From positions 5,164 through 69,163 of the forward strand of contig CAZYTO010000002.1 in assembly GCA_964650405.1 (NCBI GenBank): a stretch of 64,000 nucleotides of DNA, read 5' to 3'. Within the stretch, counting starts at the first letter, position 1; each line of letters begins with the position of its first letter. This DNA is from an uncultured Thermoanaerobaculia bacterium. GTDB taxonomy: Bacteria; Acidobacteriota; Thermoanaerobaculia; Gp7-AA8. The position numbers and the translations under genes are program-made. The notes beneath the pieces were generated by a model that ran no database searches, was not told the DNA's origin, and saw only the letters and a list, made by a program, of their open reading frames with translations. Of this stretch, positions 1 to 9,014 are shown one piece after another.

Positions 1-2
1 TG

Positions 3-1001
3 ATGGTCATCCCGGCGGCGCGCCGCAACAACAACTTCTCCGTGGTCGCCGACGCAGGGCCGTCGTACTTCGTCAAGAGCATGCTGCCCGGCGCGGCCCA
101 GGCGCAGGAGACGCTCCGGCAGGAGGCGACGCTCTACGGCATCGCCCGCGCGACGGAGGCGCTCGCGCCGCTGCGCGAGGTGCTTCCGGAGTATCACCTC
201 TACGATCCGCAGCGCAGTCTCATTATCCTCGGCTATCTGCGCGGGTCCCGTACGTTGAGCGAGCTGCACGCGCAGAGCGGCGGCGCTCCCGAATGGGCGG
301 CCGAGCTGACCGGCCGGGCCCTCGGCGCGGTGCACCGGGCCGGCGCGTCGGCGCTGCCGGGCCTCGATCCGGCGTCGTTCAAGCGCCAGACGCCATGGGC
401 TCTGTCTCTGCACCAGATCACGCCGACCTTCGGCCAGCCGGGCTCGCAGTTGCAGACGCTCCTGCTCAGCTATCCCGAGTTCGGCGAAGCGCTCGACACC
501 ATGCGCAACGGCTGGCGCGTCAACAGCGTCATCCACGGCGACATGAAGTTCGACAACTGCCTGGCCGTCGAAGCCGGCGGCACGCGCACGCTGAAGATCA
601 TCGACTGGGAGCTGGCCGACCTCGGTGACGAGCTGTGGGACGTGGCCGGCATCGTCCAGAACTACCTCTTCTGGTCCGCAGTCTCGGCGCAAGCCACGGC
701 CGACGGCGCCTGGAGCGTCGGCATGCCGTTCGAGACGCTCCTGCCCGCCATGCGCACGTTCTGGAATGCGTGGGTCGCCGCGCGGGAGCTGCCGGACGCC
801 GAGGCGGGAGTCTCGCTCGAGCGGTGCGCCTCGTATGCCGCGGCGCGGCTGCTCCAGAGCACGATGGAGATGCTCATGGTGTCGCCGGCCATGTCGCAGC
901 AGGTCGCGCTCCTGCTGCAGACGAGCCTCAACGTCCTGCGCAGTCCGGGCGCGACGGCGCGGATGATCGCAGCCGGCACGGAGGCCGGTGCGCATGCCTG
1001 A
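3..1001 (+). CDS. kinase-fold phosphotransferase (APH/protein-kinase-like), candidate Ser/Thr kinase of a split lanthipeptide-synthetase-like trio; 5' end may lie upstream of the window
   Basis: Catalytic-loop motif HGDMKFDNC and IDWELADLGD in the ORF-track protein; stop overlaps the next ORF (ATGCCTGA at 994-1001). Confidence 0.6.
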   Translation: MVIPAARRNNNFSVVADAGPSYFVKSMLPGAAQAQETLRQEATLYGIARATEALAPLREVLPEYHLYDPQRSLIILGYLRGSRTLSELHAQSGGAPEWAAELTGRALGAVHRAGASALPGLDPASFKRQTPWALSLHQITPTFGQPGSQLQTLLLSYPEFGEALDTMRNGWRVNSVIHGDMKFDNCLAVEAGGTRTLKIIDWELADLGDELWDVAGIVQNYLFWSAVSAQATADGAWSVGMPFETLLPAMRTFWNAWVAARELPDAEAGVSLERCASYAAARLLQSTMEMLMVSPAMSQQVALLLQTSLNVLRSPGATARMIAAGTEAGAHA

Positions 1002-1977
1002 GACGGCCTGCGTCGACGAGATCCGCCAGGCGCTCGGCTCGGTGGTGATCCGCTCGCCGGGAGAGCTCCTCATCGACGGAGAGCTCTGCCGCGTTCCTGA
1101 CCCGATCGTGCTGTTCCAGATGAACGCGGCGGCCTTCGCCTCGTCGCCGATGCTGGCCCTCCTGCAGACCCAGATGTATGCGCGCCTCTACGGGCGCAAT
1201 GCCGCGCCGACGACTCCCGGCGAAGACCTCACGCCCGTGCTCACCGCCGCAAATCGCGGCCGGGAGCGGTGGGAAGAGGGATGGATCGTCAGCAGCGGTG
1301 TGGCGGGGGGGATGCTCACCGCCACGCGTGACGACCTCACCACGAACCTACTGCCCTCGCAATACGTGATGCCTGCCGGCGGGACCGTCACGCCGGGAAC
1401 GAGCCTCACGGTGCTCATCGCGAAGGAGGCGCCTGGGTGGCAGCCCGGCTTCTACTACGCCCTCAGCGAGGTCCCCATCGACGTACGCGATGAATCGCGC
1501 ATGATGCGCATCTACTGGCACATCACCGAGGAGGGCGCGCCGAAGCTCGTGACGGCGGTGTCGGAGGTGCTGAACGCCTTCCGCATCCCGTTCCGCTTCA
1601 AGGTGCTCAACCAGCGGGGACTCTTCGGCCGGGCCGACGCGGCGGTGATCTTCACGGCGCGGCGCTGGTACGGCATCGTGCGGGAGCTGCTGCCGCGCAT
1701 CCTCGAACGCGTGGCGGACTCGCTGCTCGACGCGACGCCGCTCATGGCTTGCCGCATCGCTCCCGGCGTTGCGCTGGCCGAAGACCCCGGTATGGCCGGC
1801 GACAGCTTCGGCACGCATCGCACGCGGCTTCTGGCCCTCGCCGTCTGGAACAGCTACACGAAGGGCTTGCAGGACGTCGAGGCGCGGATGGGGGCGCTGG
1901 AGGAGATCTTCCGCGCCAGCGGTCTCCGCGTGGACAAGCCGTACCTCAATCCCGGATCGGCGGATCTTTATGCGTGA
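988..1977 (+). CDS. HopA1-effector-like protein, candidate phospho-Ser/Thr lyase; alternative ATG start at 994
   Basis: 329-aa ORF between the kinase and LanC genes with overlapping stop/start on both sides; motifs MRIYWHI, FRFKVLN, GRADAAVIF recalled from HopA1-family proteins (not searched). Confidence 0.45.
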   Translation: MRMPETACVDEIRQALGSVVIRSPGELLIDGELCRVPDPIVLFQMNAAAFASSPMLALLQTQMYARLYGRNAAPTTPGEDLTPVLTAANRGRERWEEGWIVSSGVAGGMLTATRDDLTTNLLPSQYVMPAGGTVTPGTSLTVLIAKEAPGWQPGFYYALSEVPIDVRDESRMMRIYWHITEEGAPKLVTAVSEVLNAFRIPFRFKVLNQRGLFGRADAAVIFTARRWYGIVRELLPRILERVADSLLDATPLMACRIAPGVALAEDPGMAGDSFGTHRTRLLALAVWNSYTKGLQDVEARMGALEEIFRASGLRVDKPYLNPGSADLYA

Positions 1978-3211
1978 GCTCTACGGCGACGTCGCCCAGC
2001 GCATCGCCGCGGCGCTCTGCCGCGATGCCATCCGCAACGGCGACCACTGCAACTGGCTCGGCGACTCGATGGAGAGTCTCGACGGCCGCATGGTGAGCGT
2101 CCATCGGTCGTTCGGCGGAGATCTGTACGCCGGCACGTCGGGCATCGCCCTGTTTCTCGCCGAGGCGGACCGGTTCCGCCCCGATCCTCTCTTCCGCCGG
2201 ACGGCACGCGCCGCCATCGAGCACGCCCTGCATCGGGCGGACGCGATCGCGCCCGACCTGCGCGCCGGCTTCTACACCGGAGGCACCGGCATCGGCTTCG
2301 CCGCCGCGCGGATCGGCGAGCTGTTCGACGATGCGACGCTCGTCGAGCGCGGGCTGGCACTTTTCGAGAGCGCCTCGGCCATCGATGAGAACGCGCGCCT
2401 CGACCTGCTGGCCGGCGTGGCCGGGATCATCGGACCGCTGCTTGTGCTGCATGCGAAATACCGGCGTGACTGGATGCACGAGCGCGCGCTCCGGGCCGGC
2501 GACGTGCTGCTCGGCCGGGCCCGGACTTCGCCGCAGGGCGTGTCCTGGAACGTGCTCGACGAGCAGTGGACGACGGCCGACCTCACGGGCTACTCGCACG
2601 GAACGGCGGGAATCGCGCTGGCCCTGTTCGAGCTCGCGCATGCCACGGGCGAGCAGCGGTTCGTCGCGGCGGTGGAGGGGGCGCTTCAGTACGAGCGGGC
2701 ATGCTTCTCCCCGCAGCAGCAGAACTGGCCCGACTTCCGCCGCACCAGCGCGGGCTCGGCCAGCTCCGTGGGCTACTCGCTGGGCTGGTGTCACGGCGCG
2801 CCGGGCATCGGCCTGAGCCGGCTGCGTCTCTACAAACTCGCACCGCGGCCGGACCTCTTCGAAGACGCGGCGGCCGCCCTGCGTGGAACCTACACGCCGC
2901 TGGCCACGCTGACCCCGACGGCGATGTTCGCGCTCTGCCACGGCGCGGCGGGGAACGCCGAATTGTTCCTCGAAGCAGGAGCGGTCTTCGGCGACTCCGG
3001 CTACACGGACATCGCCGAGGCCATCGGCCGGCAGGGCATCGAGCGCTATGACGAGCCGCGGAGACCGTGGCCTTCGGGTGTGACCGCCGGCGGCCAGACG
3101 CCCGGCCTGATGCTGGGACTGGCCGGCATCGGCTACTTCTACCTCCGCCTGCTCGCATATGCCGACGTGCCGTCGGTGCTCGTGGTGGCGCCGGCGCGAA
3201 CGCTATCGTGA
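1970..3211 (+). CDS. LanC-like lanthionine cyclase
   Basis: LanC signatures SHGTAGIALAL, GWCHGAPGIG, LCHGAAGN (His base and Cys/Cys-His zinc ligands); ATG 1970 overlaps the upstream stop (ATGCGTGA); the track start at 1769 would overlap 200 nt and is rejected. Confidence 0.85.
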   Translation: MRELYGDVAQRIAAALCRDAIRNGDHCNWLGDSMESLDGRMVSVHRSFGGDLYAGTSGIALFLAEADRFRPDPLFRRTARAAIEHALHRADAIAPDLRAGFYTGGTGIGFAAARIGELFDDATLVERGLALFESASAIDENARLDLLAGVAGIIGPLLVLHAKYRRDWMHERALRAGDVLLGRARTSPQGVSWNVLDEQWTTADLTGYSHGTAGIALALFELAHATGEQRFVAAVEGALQYERACFSPQQQNWPDFRRTSAGSASSVGYSLGWCHGAPGIGLSRLRLYKLAPRPDLFEDAAAALRGTYTPLATLTPTAMFALCHGAAGNAELFLEAGAVFGDSGYTDIAEAIGRQGIERYDEPRRPWPSGVTAGGQTPGLMLGLAGIGYFYLRLLAYADVPSVLVVAPARTLS

Positions 3212-3223
3212 TATCATCCCGTC

Positions 3224-3472
3224 ATGGCGCAACTCGTAGTTCGACAGTTGGATGATGCCGTCAAGGATAAGCTGCAGCGTAGGGCTCGCCGTCACGGTCG
3301 CAGCACGGAGGAAGAGGTCCGCGAGATTCTTCGCAATGCAGTCAGGAGCGAAGAGAACATCCGCGAGCCCCTCGGCTCTCGCATCGCTGCTCGTTTCCGT
3401 CGCATCGGCCTGCATGAAGATATCCCCGAGTTGCGCGGTCATTCTGTAGAGCCCGCGGTGTTTGAGCCGTGA
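3224..3472 (+). CDS. vapB: VapB/FitA-like ribbon-helix-helix antitoxin
   Basis: 82 aa, N-terminus MAQLVVRQLDDAVKDKLQRRARRHGRSTEEEVREIL typical of FitA/Arc-type antitoxins; 4-nt overlap with the PIN gene. Confidence 0.8.
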   Translation: MAQLVVRQLDDAVKDKLQRRARRHGRSTEEEVREILRNAVRSEENIREPLGSRIAARFRRIGLHEDIPELRGHSVEPAVFEP

Positions 3473-3888
3473 TCCTTCTCGACACGAATGTGCTATCGGC
3501 TCTCATGCGCGCCAACCTGGACGCGGACGTCGTGGCATGGCTCGATACGCAGCCGGCGGAATCCATCTGGACGACGTCGATTACCGTTTTCGAAGTGCGC
3601 TTCGGACTGGAGCGTCTCGCCTCGGGACGACGGCGGAAATCGCTGGAGGAGGCATTCGATCGAGTGCTCGCGGAAGACTTCGAGGATCGTGTCGTGCCTT
3701 TCGACGAAGCAGCCGCCCAATCCGCGGGGCGAATCGCAGCGGAACGGCGAAGACTAGGGCGGCCCGTCGAAATTCGGGACGTGCAGATTGCCGGTATCGC
3801 ACTCGCACGCCGTGCGACGATCGCTACGCGTAACGTTCGTCACTTCCAGGGACTCGGGCCTGCCGTAGTTGATCCCTGGTCCGCGTGA
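3469..3888 (+). CDS. vapC: PIN-domain ribonuclease toxin VapC
   Basis: MILLDTNVLSAL N-terminus with conserved acidic residues; 139 aa; coupled to the upstream antitoxin. Confidence 0.85.
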   Translation: MILLDTNVLSALMRANLDADVVAWLDTQPAESIWTTSITVFEVRFGLERLASGRRRKSLEEAFDRVLAEDFEDRVVPFDEAAAQSAGRIAAERRRLGRPVEIRDVQIAGIALARRATIATRNVRHFQGLGPAVVDPWSA

Positions 3889-3946
3889 ATGCGCGGCACT
3901 CCGCCGCGGGAATATCGCGCTTTTCGCACGGTTCGGGTTGACCGCC

Positions 3947-4237
3947 ATGGAAGAACAGCAGCCGACACTTCGCATCGTCCTCGACGACGTCACCGCGCAG
4001 GGGCAGTACATCAACTTCGCGAACATCATCCATTCGCCGAGCGAGTTCGTGATCGACCTCGGCCGGATCGTGCCGGGACAGACGGACGTGAAGATCTACA
4101 GCCGCGTGATCATGGCACCGCTGCACGCGAAACAGCTCCTCGAAGCACTCGCCCACAACATCAGCCTCTTCGAGGAGAAGTTCGGCGAGATCCGCCTCGA
4201 TCCGGGTGCCGCGGCGCCGAGCGAGCAGTCGAACTGA
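3947..4237 (+). CDS. DUF3467-family small protein
   Basis: Motif YINFANIIHSPSEFVIDLGRI typical of DUF3467; internal ATG at 3947 chosen over the track start at 3869. Confidence 0.6.
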   Translation: MEEQQPTLRIVLDDVTAQGQYINFANIIHSPSEFVIDLGRIVPGQTDVKIYSRVIMAPLHAKQLLEALAHNISLFEEKFGEIRLDPGAAAPSEQSN

Positions 4238-4240
4238 ATT

Positions 4241-4370
4241 CGTTGTCCGTTGTCCGTTGCTCGTTGTTCGTGGGTCCGTTTCAGGATCACGACGTGAGCC
4301 AGCTTTGACGCGCCGACCACGAACCACGAATCAACGCCAAACGAGCGACGAACAACGAACAACGAACAGC
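4241..4370. repeat. intergenic inverted arms built from tandem heptamers (CGTTGTC... / ...GAACAAC)
   Basis: Left arm 4241-4278 (CGTTGTC CGTTGTC CGTTGCT CGTTGTT); right arm 4314-4370 is its imperfect reverse complement; lies between DUF3467 and trmFO. Confidence 0.75.
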
Positions 4371-4373
4371 GAA

Positions 4374-5678
4374 ATGCGAGTCAAGATCATCGGCGCCGGT
4401 TTGGCCGGCTCGGAATGCGCGTTCGGGCTGGCGCGGCGCGGGCATCGCGTCGAGCTGCACGAGATGCGGCCGGTGAAGACCACGCCCGCGCACCAGACCA
4501 CGAACCTTGCGGAGCTGGTCTGCTCGAATTCGTTCCGCTCCAGCGCGGCCGCGAACGCCGTAGGCCTGCTGAAGGCGGAGATGAAGCTGATGCAGTCGCT
4601 GGTCATTCGCTGCGGGGAGGCGGCGCGGGTGCCGGCGGGCGATGCCTTCGCCGTGGACCGCGAGCGCTTCTCGGCCGCCGTGACCGAGGCCATCGGGAAC
4701 GAGCCGAACATCACACTGCGGCGCGACGAGGTGACGAACCTCGACCGCGGCCATGCGGACTTTCTCGTCGGGGCGACCGGGCCGCTCACGTCGCAGCCGC
4801 TTTTCGAAGCGATCAACGAGTTCCTCGGCCGCGACGGTCTGTACTTCTACGACGCCATCGCCCCGATTCTGGCCGCCGACTCGCTCGATCTCTCGAAGCT
4901 CTACTGGAAGTCGCGTTATGGCAAGGGAGACGGCAGCGATTACCTCAATGCAGCCATGACCCAGGAGCAGTACGAGGCTTTCGTGGCCGCGCTCCTCGGT
5001 GCGGAGCTCTATCCGCTGCACGACTTCGAGCAGGCAGTGCACTTCGAAGGCTGCCTGCCGGTGGAAGAGATCGCCTCGCGCGGCATCGAGACGCTGCGCT
5101 TCGGTCCCATGAAGCCGGTCGGGCTCGAGCACCCCGTCACGGGCGAGCGCCCGCACGCCGTCGTGCAGCTCCGCAAGGAAGACCTGTCGGACGAGTACTT
5201 CAACCTCGTCGGGTTCCAGACCAAGATGAAGGTCCCCGAACAGAAGCGCGTCATCCGGATGATTCCGGGCCTGGAGCAGGCCGAGCTGGCGCGCTTCGGT
5301 TCCATGCACCGCAATACCTTCATCAATGGGCCGCGGCACCTGCGCAACACGTTCCAGACGAAGCGCGACGAGCGGATCTTCTTCGCCGGCCAGATCACGG
5401 GCGTGGAAGGCTATGTCGAGTCGAGTGCCGTCGGACTGCTCGTGGCGCGCTACATTGATGAGCTCTCCCGTCACGGCGCCGCTCACCCCCTGCCGTACCA
5501 CACGGCCCTCGGTGCGCTCGGCCGTCACGTGGCGGAGTCGTCGCCCGACCGCTATCAGCCCTCGAACGTGACATGGGCGATGATCGAAGACGTCGTCGGC
5601 CGGGTGAAGAAGATCGAGAAGCGCGAGCGCCAGGCGGCCAAGGCGCTGGACGCGATCGGTCTGCTCGGAACGCGGTAA
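4374..5678 (+). CDS. trmFO: methylenetetrahydrofolate--tRNA-(uracil-5-)-methyltransferase TrmFO
   Basis: MRVKIIGAGLAGSECAF FAD-binding N-terminus, FFAGQITGVEGYVESSAVG near the C-terminus; start at internal ATG 4374. Confidence 0.9.
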   Translation: MRVKIIGAGLAGSECAFGLARRGHRVELHEMRPVKTTPAHQTTNLAELVCSNSFRSSAAANAVGLLKAEMKLMQSLVIRCGEAARVPAGDAFAVDRERFSAAVTEAIGNEPNITLRRDEVTNLDRGHADFLVGATGPLTSQPLFEAINEFLGRDGLYFYDAIAPILAADSLDLSKLYWKSRYGKGDGSDYLNAAMTQEQYEAFVAALLGAELYPLHDFEQAVHFEGCLPVEEIASRGIETLRFGPMKPVGLEHPVTGERPHAVVQLRKEDLSDEYFNLVGFQTKMKVPEQKRVIRMIPGLEQAELARFGSMHRNTFINGPRHLRNTFQTKRDERIFFAGQITGVEGYVESSAVGLLVARYIDELSRHGAAHPLPYHTALGALGRHVAESSPDRYQPSNVTWAMIEDVVGRVKKIEKRERQAAKALDAIGLLGTR

Positions 5679-5698
5679 AGACGGCCGGGCGCGACCGG

Positions 5699-6487
5699 TC
5701 ACGCCGCGAACGACACCACGGCCAGCGCGCCGTAGGCGATCTCGCGCCACCCGATCGTCTTCGCCAGCGGTGCCTCGTGCGTCGCTCCCCACACGGCGCG
5801 CGCGAAGAGCACGACGCAGGCCGCGACGGCGGGCGGCGAGGCGATGGCGATTGCGATGCCGATGGCCGCCGCGTGGAGCCCGAGCGACAGAACTTTCGAG
5901 CCGCGGCCGAGCAGCGAGCGGACGAAGAGAATCGACGGGATGCTGCGCAAGAGGATGAGCGTCATCGCCGTTGCGGCGATGGGCAGCGACCGCCCGGCCG
6001 CGAGCGGAATGGCCGCGGCGATGCTGGCCATGGCCACGGCGCCGGCGATCTCCGGAACCGCGCCGCGGCTGCAGTTCCGCGCGTCGTACACGAGCATCAG
6101 CACCGCGAGTGGGGAGACGGCTGCGAACGGGATCACGAAGCGCCAGTCTCCCCTCGCCAGCGCCGCCATGAAGCTGAGCGCCGCGAGCGCCGCGTAGGTG
6201 GCCGCGAAGAGTCGGCACCAGGACGTCCGCGGGTAGGAGTGCCTGCGAAGTGCGTCCTGCAAGGCCAGCTTGAGGGGCTGGCGGGCCAGGAAGGCAAAGA
6301 GCGTGGCAAGGGCGATCATCACGCCAGCCATCGACGACGCCACGAGCAGGCCGAGGGCGACCGGCTCGAGCAGGATCCCCCAGCCTCCGTGCTCCGAGGG
6401 GAGCGCGAGCGGCCGGAGCTTCAGCGACTCACTGCGCGCAAAGGCTTCCACGGCGGCCTTCTCCCTGGTCCTGGTTCGGATGTTCAT
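5699..6487 (-). CDS. YwiC-like polytopic membrane protein
   Basis: 262 aa, several TM helices, EHGGWGILLEP motif near the N-terminus; divergent from the Crp/Fnr gene. Confidence 0.5.
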   Translation of the reverse strand: MNIRTRTREKAAVEAFARSESLKLRPLALPSEHGGWGILLEPVALGLLVASSMAGVMIALATLFAFLARQPLKLALQDALRRHSYPRTSWCRLFAATYAALAALSFMAALARGDWRFVIPFAAVSPLAVLMLVYDARNCSRGAVPEIAGAVAMASIAAAIPLAAGRSLPIAATAMTLILLRSIPSILFVRSLLGRGSKVLSLGLHAAAIGIAIAIASPPAVAACVVLFARAVWGATHEAPLAKTIGWREIAYGALAVVSFAA

Positions 6488-6561
6488 CTCGGTCTTTCAC
6501 GCTCGAATCTAGAAGCGGAGGTCATGGCGAGCCATGATTTCTGTCATAAGCTCCCGCAGAA

Positions 6562-7245
6562 ATGGCCATCGCGCCGGTCATTCCGTTCAACGCGATTCCG
6601 ATCTTCGCCACGTTGCGGAAGGAAGACCGCGACGCCCTCATCCCGCTCTGCCGGCTGCGGGCGTACGAGAAGGGCGACGTCATCTTTCAGGAGGGGGATC
6701 CCGCCGATCGAATCCACTTCATCGTCACCGGCCGCGTGAAGATCGTGAAGGCCGCTGGCGCCCGCGACGTGATCATCGAGATCCTCGGCGACGGCGAACC
6801 GGTGGGGGCCGTGGCGGTGTTCGAGCGCCGGCCCTTCCCTGCCGCCGCAGTGGCCATCGAGCCGTCCAGCATCCTCTCCATTCCGGAGCGGGAGTTCTTC
6901 GTCCTCCTCGAGACCCGGCCCGAGATGACCCGCCACCTGCTGTCCGGCTTGACGCTGCGCCTCATCCAGCTCAACAAGCGCCTGGCGGACATGACCGGCT
7001 CCGCCGAGCACCGCGCCGCGCGTCTGTTTCTCACCCTCGCCGACCGCGCCGGTGTCCCGCGCGAGCGGGGAACCTTCATCCCCCTCCCCATCTCCCGCCA
7101 GGAGATCGCCGATCTGATCGGGACGACCCTCGAGACCGCCATCCGCCTCATGAGCCGCTGGCAGAAAGACGAGCTCGTGCTGACCGAGAAGACCGGATTC
7201 GTCATTCCGAGCACCGAAGCGTTGCGGAATGTGGCGGCCGAGTAG
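6562..7245 (+). CDS. Crp/Fnr-family transcriptional regulator
   Basis: cNMP-binding-like N-terminal domain (FQEGDPADRIHFIVTGRVKI) and C-terminal HTH (SRQEIADLIGTTLETAIRLM). Confidence 0.85.
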   Translation: MAIAPVIPFNAIPIFATLRKEDRDALIPLCRLRAYEKGDVIFQEGDPADRIHFIVTGRVKIVKAAGARDVIIEILGDGEPVGAVAVFERRPFPAAAVAIEPSSILSIPEREFFVLLETRPEMTRHLLSGLTLRLIQLNKRLADMTGSAEHRAARLFLTLADRAGVPRERGTFIPLPISRQEIADLIGTTLETAIRLMSRWQKDELVLTEKTGFVIPSTEALRNVAAE

Positions 7246-7249
7246 ATAG

Positions 7250-7309
7250 GCGTCCGGAGCGCCAGTTTCCCAGCCGGCTTGGCCCAGCGGCATCCTGGCG
7301 CCCGGACGC
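7250..7309 (+). terminator. GC-rich hairpin downstream of the crp-like gene (no U tract)
   Basis: GCGTCCGGAGCGCCAG (7250-7265) pairs with CTGGCGCCCGGACGC (7295-7309): 15 bp with one bulge and a 29-nt loop. Confidence 0.35.
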
Positions 7310-7803
7310 GCAACACTGCCGCATCGTGAAACCGAGCCCGGCCGTGCGAAACCCGTAAAGTTTGTGAGGAGCCTGACCGGGACCTGCCTATTCGGACGGG
7401 GCTTCGGGAAGGTACCCGGGTCTAACTTGTTATGGTTTAGCTCCGGGCGATACCGGCGTGCCGCTGCCTGGCAATTACGGACTCGGGGCCATTCGGCAAT
7501 TCACGGCGCCGCCTCAACCGACCAGAAGGGGCGGAGCATCCGGACTCGTTGTCCCATCCGTCTGCCGGTGCAGACCAAATCACGGCTCGTCGCTGAATGG
7601 AGCGCCCTCGATTGGTTGTCTCCGGGCTCGATTCTCTCAACGGTTCTCTCAACAGGGGGAGGCGAGTTGAGGGAAACGAGGGTCCGAATGTCGATCTACG
7701 GGTTGTAGAAACGACGATAAGAGGGCGGCGTATCCAAACCGCTCGTTTTTCGTAACGTCACTCCAGTCTCTCTGTCGGGCAGTATGTTGCGAGGTCGGAT
7801 GCG

Positions 7804-8934
7804 ATGAAAACTAAGAATCTGTTTGTCACACTGGCGATCGTGGTCGTGTTCATCGCGGCCATCGCCTCCTTCAAGATCTTCCAGATCAAGGCCGCCATGG
7901 CCCAGCAGATGTCGTTTCAGCCGCCCCCCGAGGCGGTGACGACGGTCGTAGCGAGAGAGGAGGAGTGGAACAGCTCCCTCCACGCCATCGGCACGGTCGA
8001 GGCCGTCAACGGCGTCACTGTCAGCGCGGACCTTCCGGGGATCGTCCACGAGATCCTCTTCGACTCCGGCCGCTCCGTTGAAAAGGGCGACGTCCTGGTC
8101 CGGCTCGATACGCGGGAAGAGACGGCGCAGCTCACCGCCGCCGAAGCGCAGCGCGAGGCGTCGCGCCTCGACCTCGTGCGCACGGAAGCCATGCTGGCCA
8201 ACGGCGTCGCGCCGAAAGCGACGTACGACAGCATCGCCGCGCAATACAAGCAGGCCGACGCCCATGTGGGCGAGATCAAGGCAACGATCGAGCGCAAGAC
8301 CATCCATGCACCGTTCAGCGGCGTGCTCGGCATCCGGCAGGTCAACGTCGGCCAGTACCTCGCCGGCGGCGCGCCCATCGTGTCGCTCCAGGCCCTCCGT
8401 CCCGCGTACGTCAACTTCAACGTCCCGCAGCAGCAGCTCGGGCACCTGGCCACCGGCTCGACCGTCGAAGTGACCTCCGATGCCCTGCCGGCCAGCGAAA
8501 AGGGACGTGTCACGGCGCTCGACTCGATCGTGGATGTAGCGACCCGCAACATCCGCGTCCAGGCGGAATTCGGGAACGCTTCGGGCAGGCTTCGCCCCGG
8601 CATGTTCGTCGAGACGCAGCTCGCCCAGGGAGCGCGGCAGTCCGTCATTCCGCTGCCCGCCTCCGCCATCAGCTACGCCCCGTTCGGCGACTCCGTGTTC
8701 ATCGTCGAGCAGGTCAGCGATCCGAAGACGCACAAGACCTATCGCGGCGTGCGCCAGCAGTTCGTGAAGCTGGGCGGCGCGCGCGGCGACCAGGTCGCCG
8801 TCCTGACCGGAGTGAAGCCGGGTGAGGAGATCGTCACGTCCGGCGTGTTCAAACTGCGCCCGGGTGCGGCGGTCGACGTCAACAACACCGTCACGCCGTC
8901 CAACAGCACGTCCCCGAAACCGGAAGACAGCTAG
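7804..8934 (+). CDS. RND efflux periplasmic adaptor (membrane fusion protein)
   Basis: N-terminal TM, coiled-coil hairpin and beta-barrel segments typical of the HlyD/AcrA family; directly upstream of the RND pump. Confidence 0.85.
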   Translation: MKTKNLFVTLAIVVVFIAAIASFKIFQIKAAMAQQMSFQPPPEAVTTVVAREEEWNSSLHAIGTVEAVNGVTVSADLPGIVHEILFDSGRSVEKGDVLVRLDTREETAQLTAAEAQREASRLDLVRTEAMLANGVAPKATYDSIAAQYKQADAHVGEIKATIERKTIHAPFSGVLGIRQVNVGQYLAGGAPIVSLQALRPAYVNFNVPQQQLGHLATGSTVEVTSDALPASEKGRVTALDSIVDVATRNIRVQAEFGNASGRLRPGMFVETQLAQGARQSVIPLPASAISYAPFGDSVFIVEQVSDPKTHKTYRGVRQQFVKLGGARGDQVAVLTGVKPGEEIVTSGVFKLRPGAAVDVNNTVTPSNSTSPKPEDS

Positions 8935-9014
8935 TCAATACGGGCAGACGAAACGTCTGTCCCAGCGAGGCCGGCGGGGGCGGACAGAGTCGTCCGTCCC
9001 TGCATAGGACACAT

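Noticed and set aside
1769-1969. Upstream extension of the LanC ORF given in the track (start 1769)
   Set aside because: It would overlap the preceding gene by 200 nt. ATG 1970 gives the same ATGNNTGA stop/start overlap seen at the previous junction, and a normal LanC N-terminus.
4287-6218. 643-aa minus-strand ORF spanning trmFO and the ywiC-like region
   Set aside because: It is antisense to a clearly recognisable trmFO. Its Arg/Gly/His/Asp-rich, low-complexity translation is typical of shadow ORFs in high-GC DNA.
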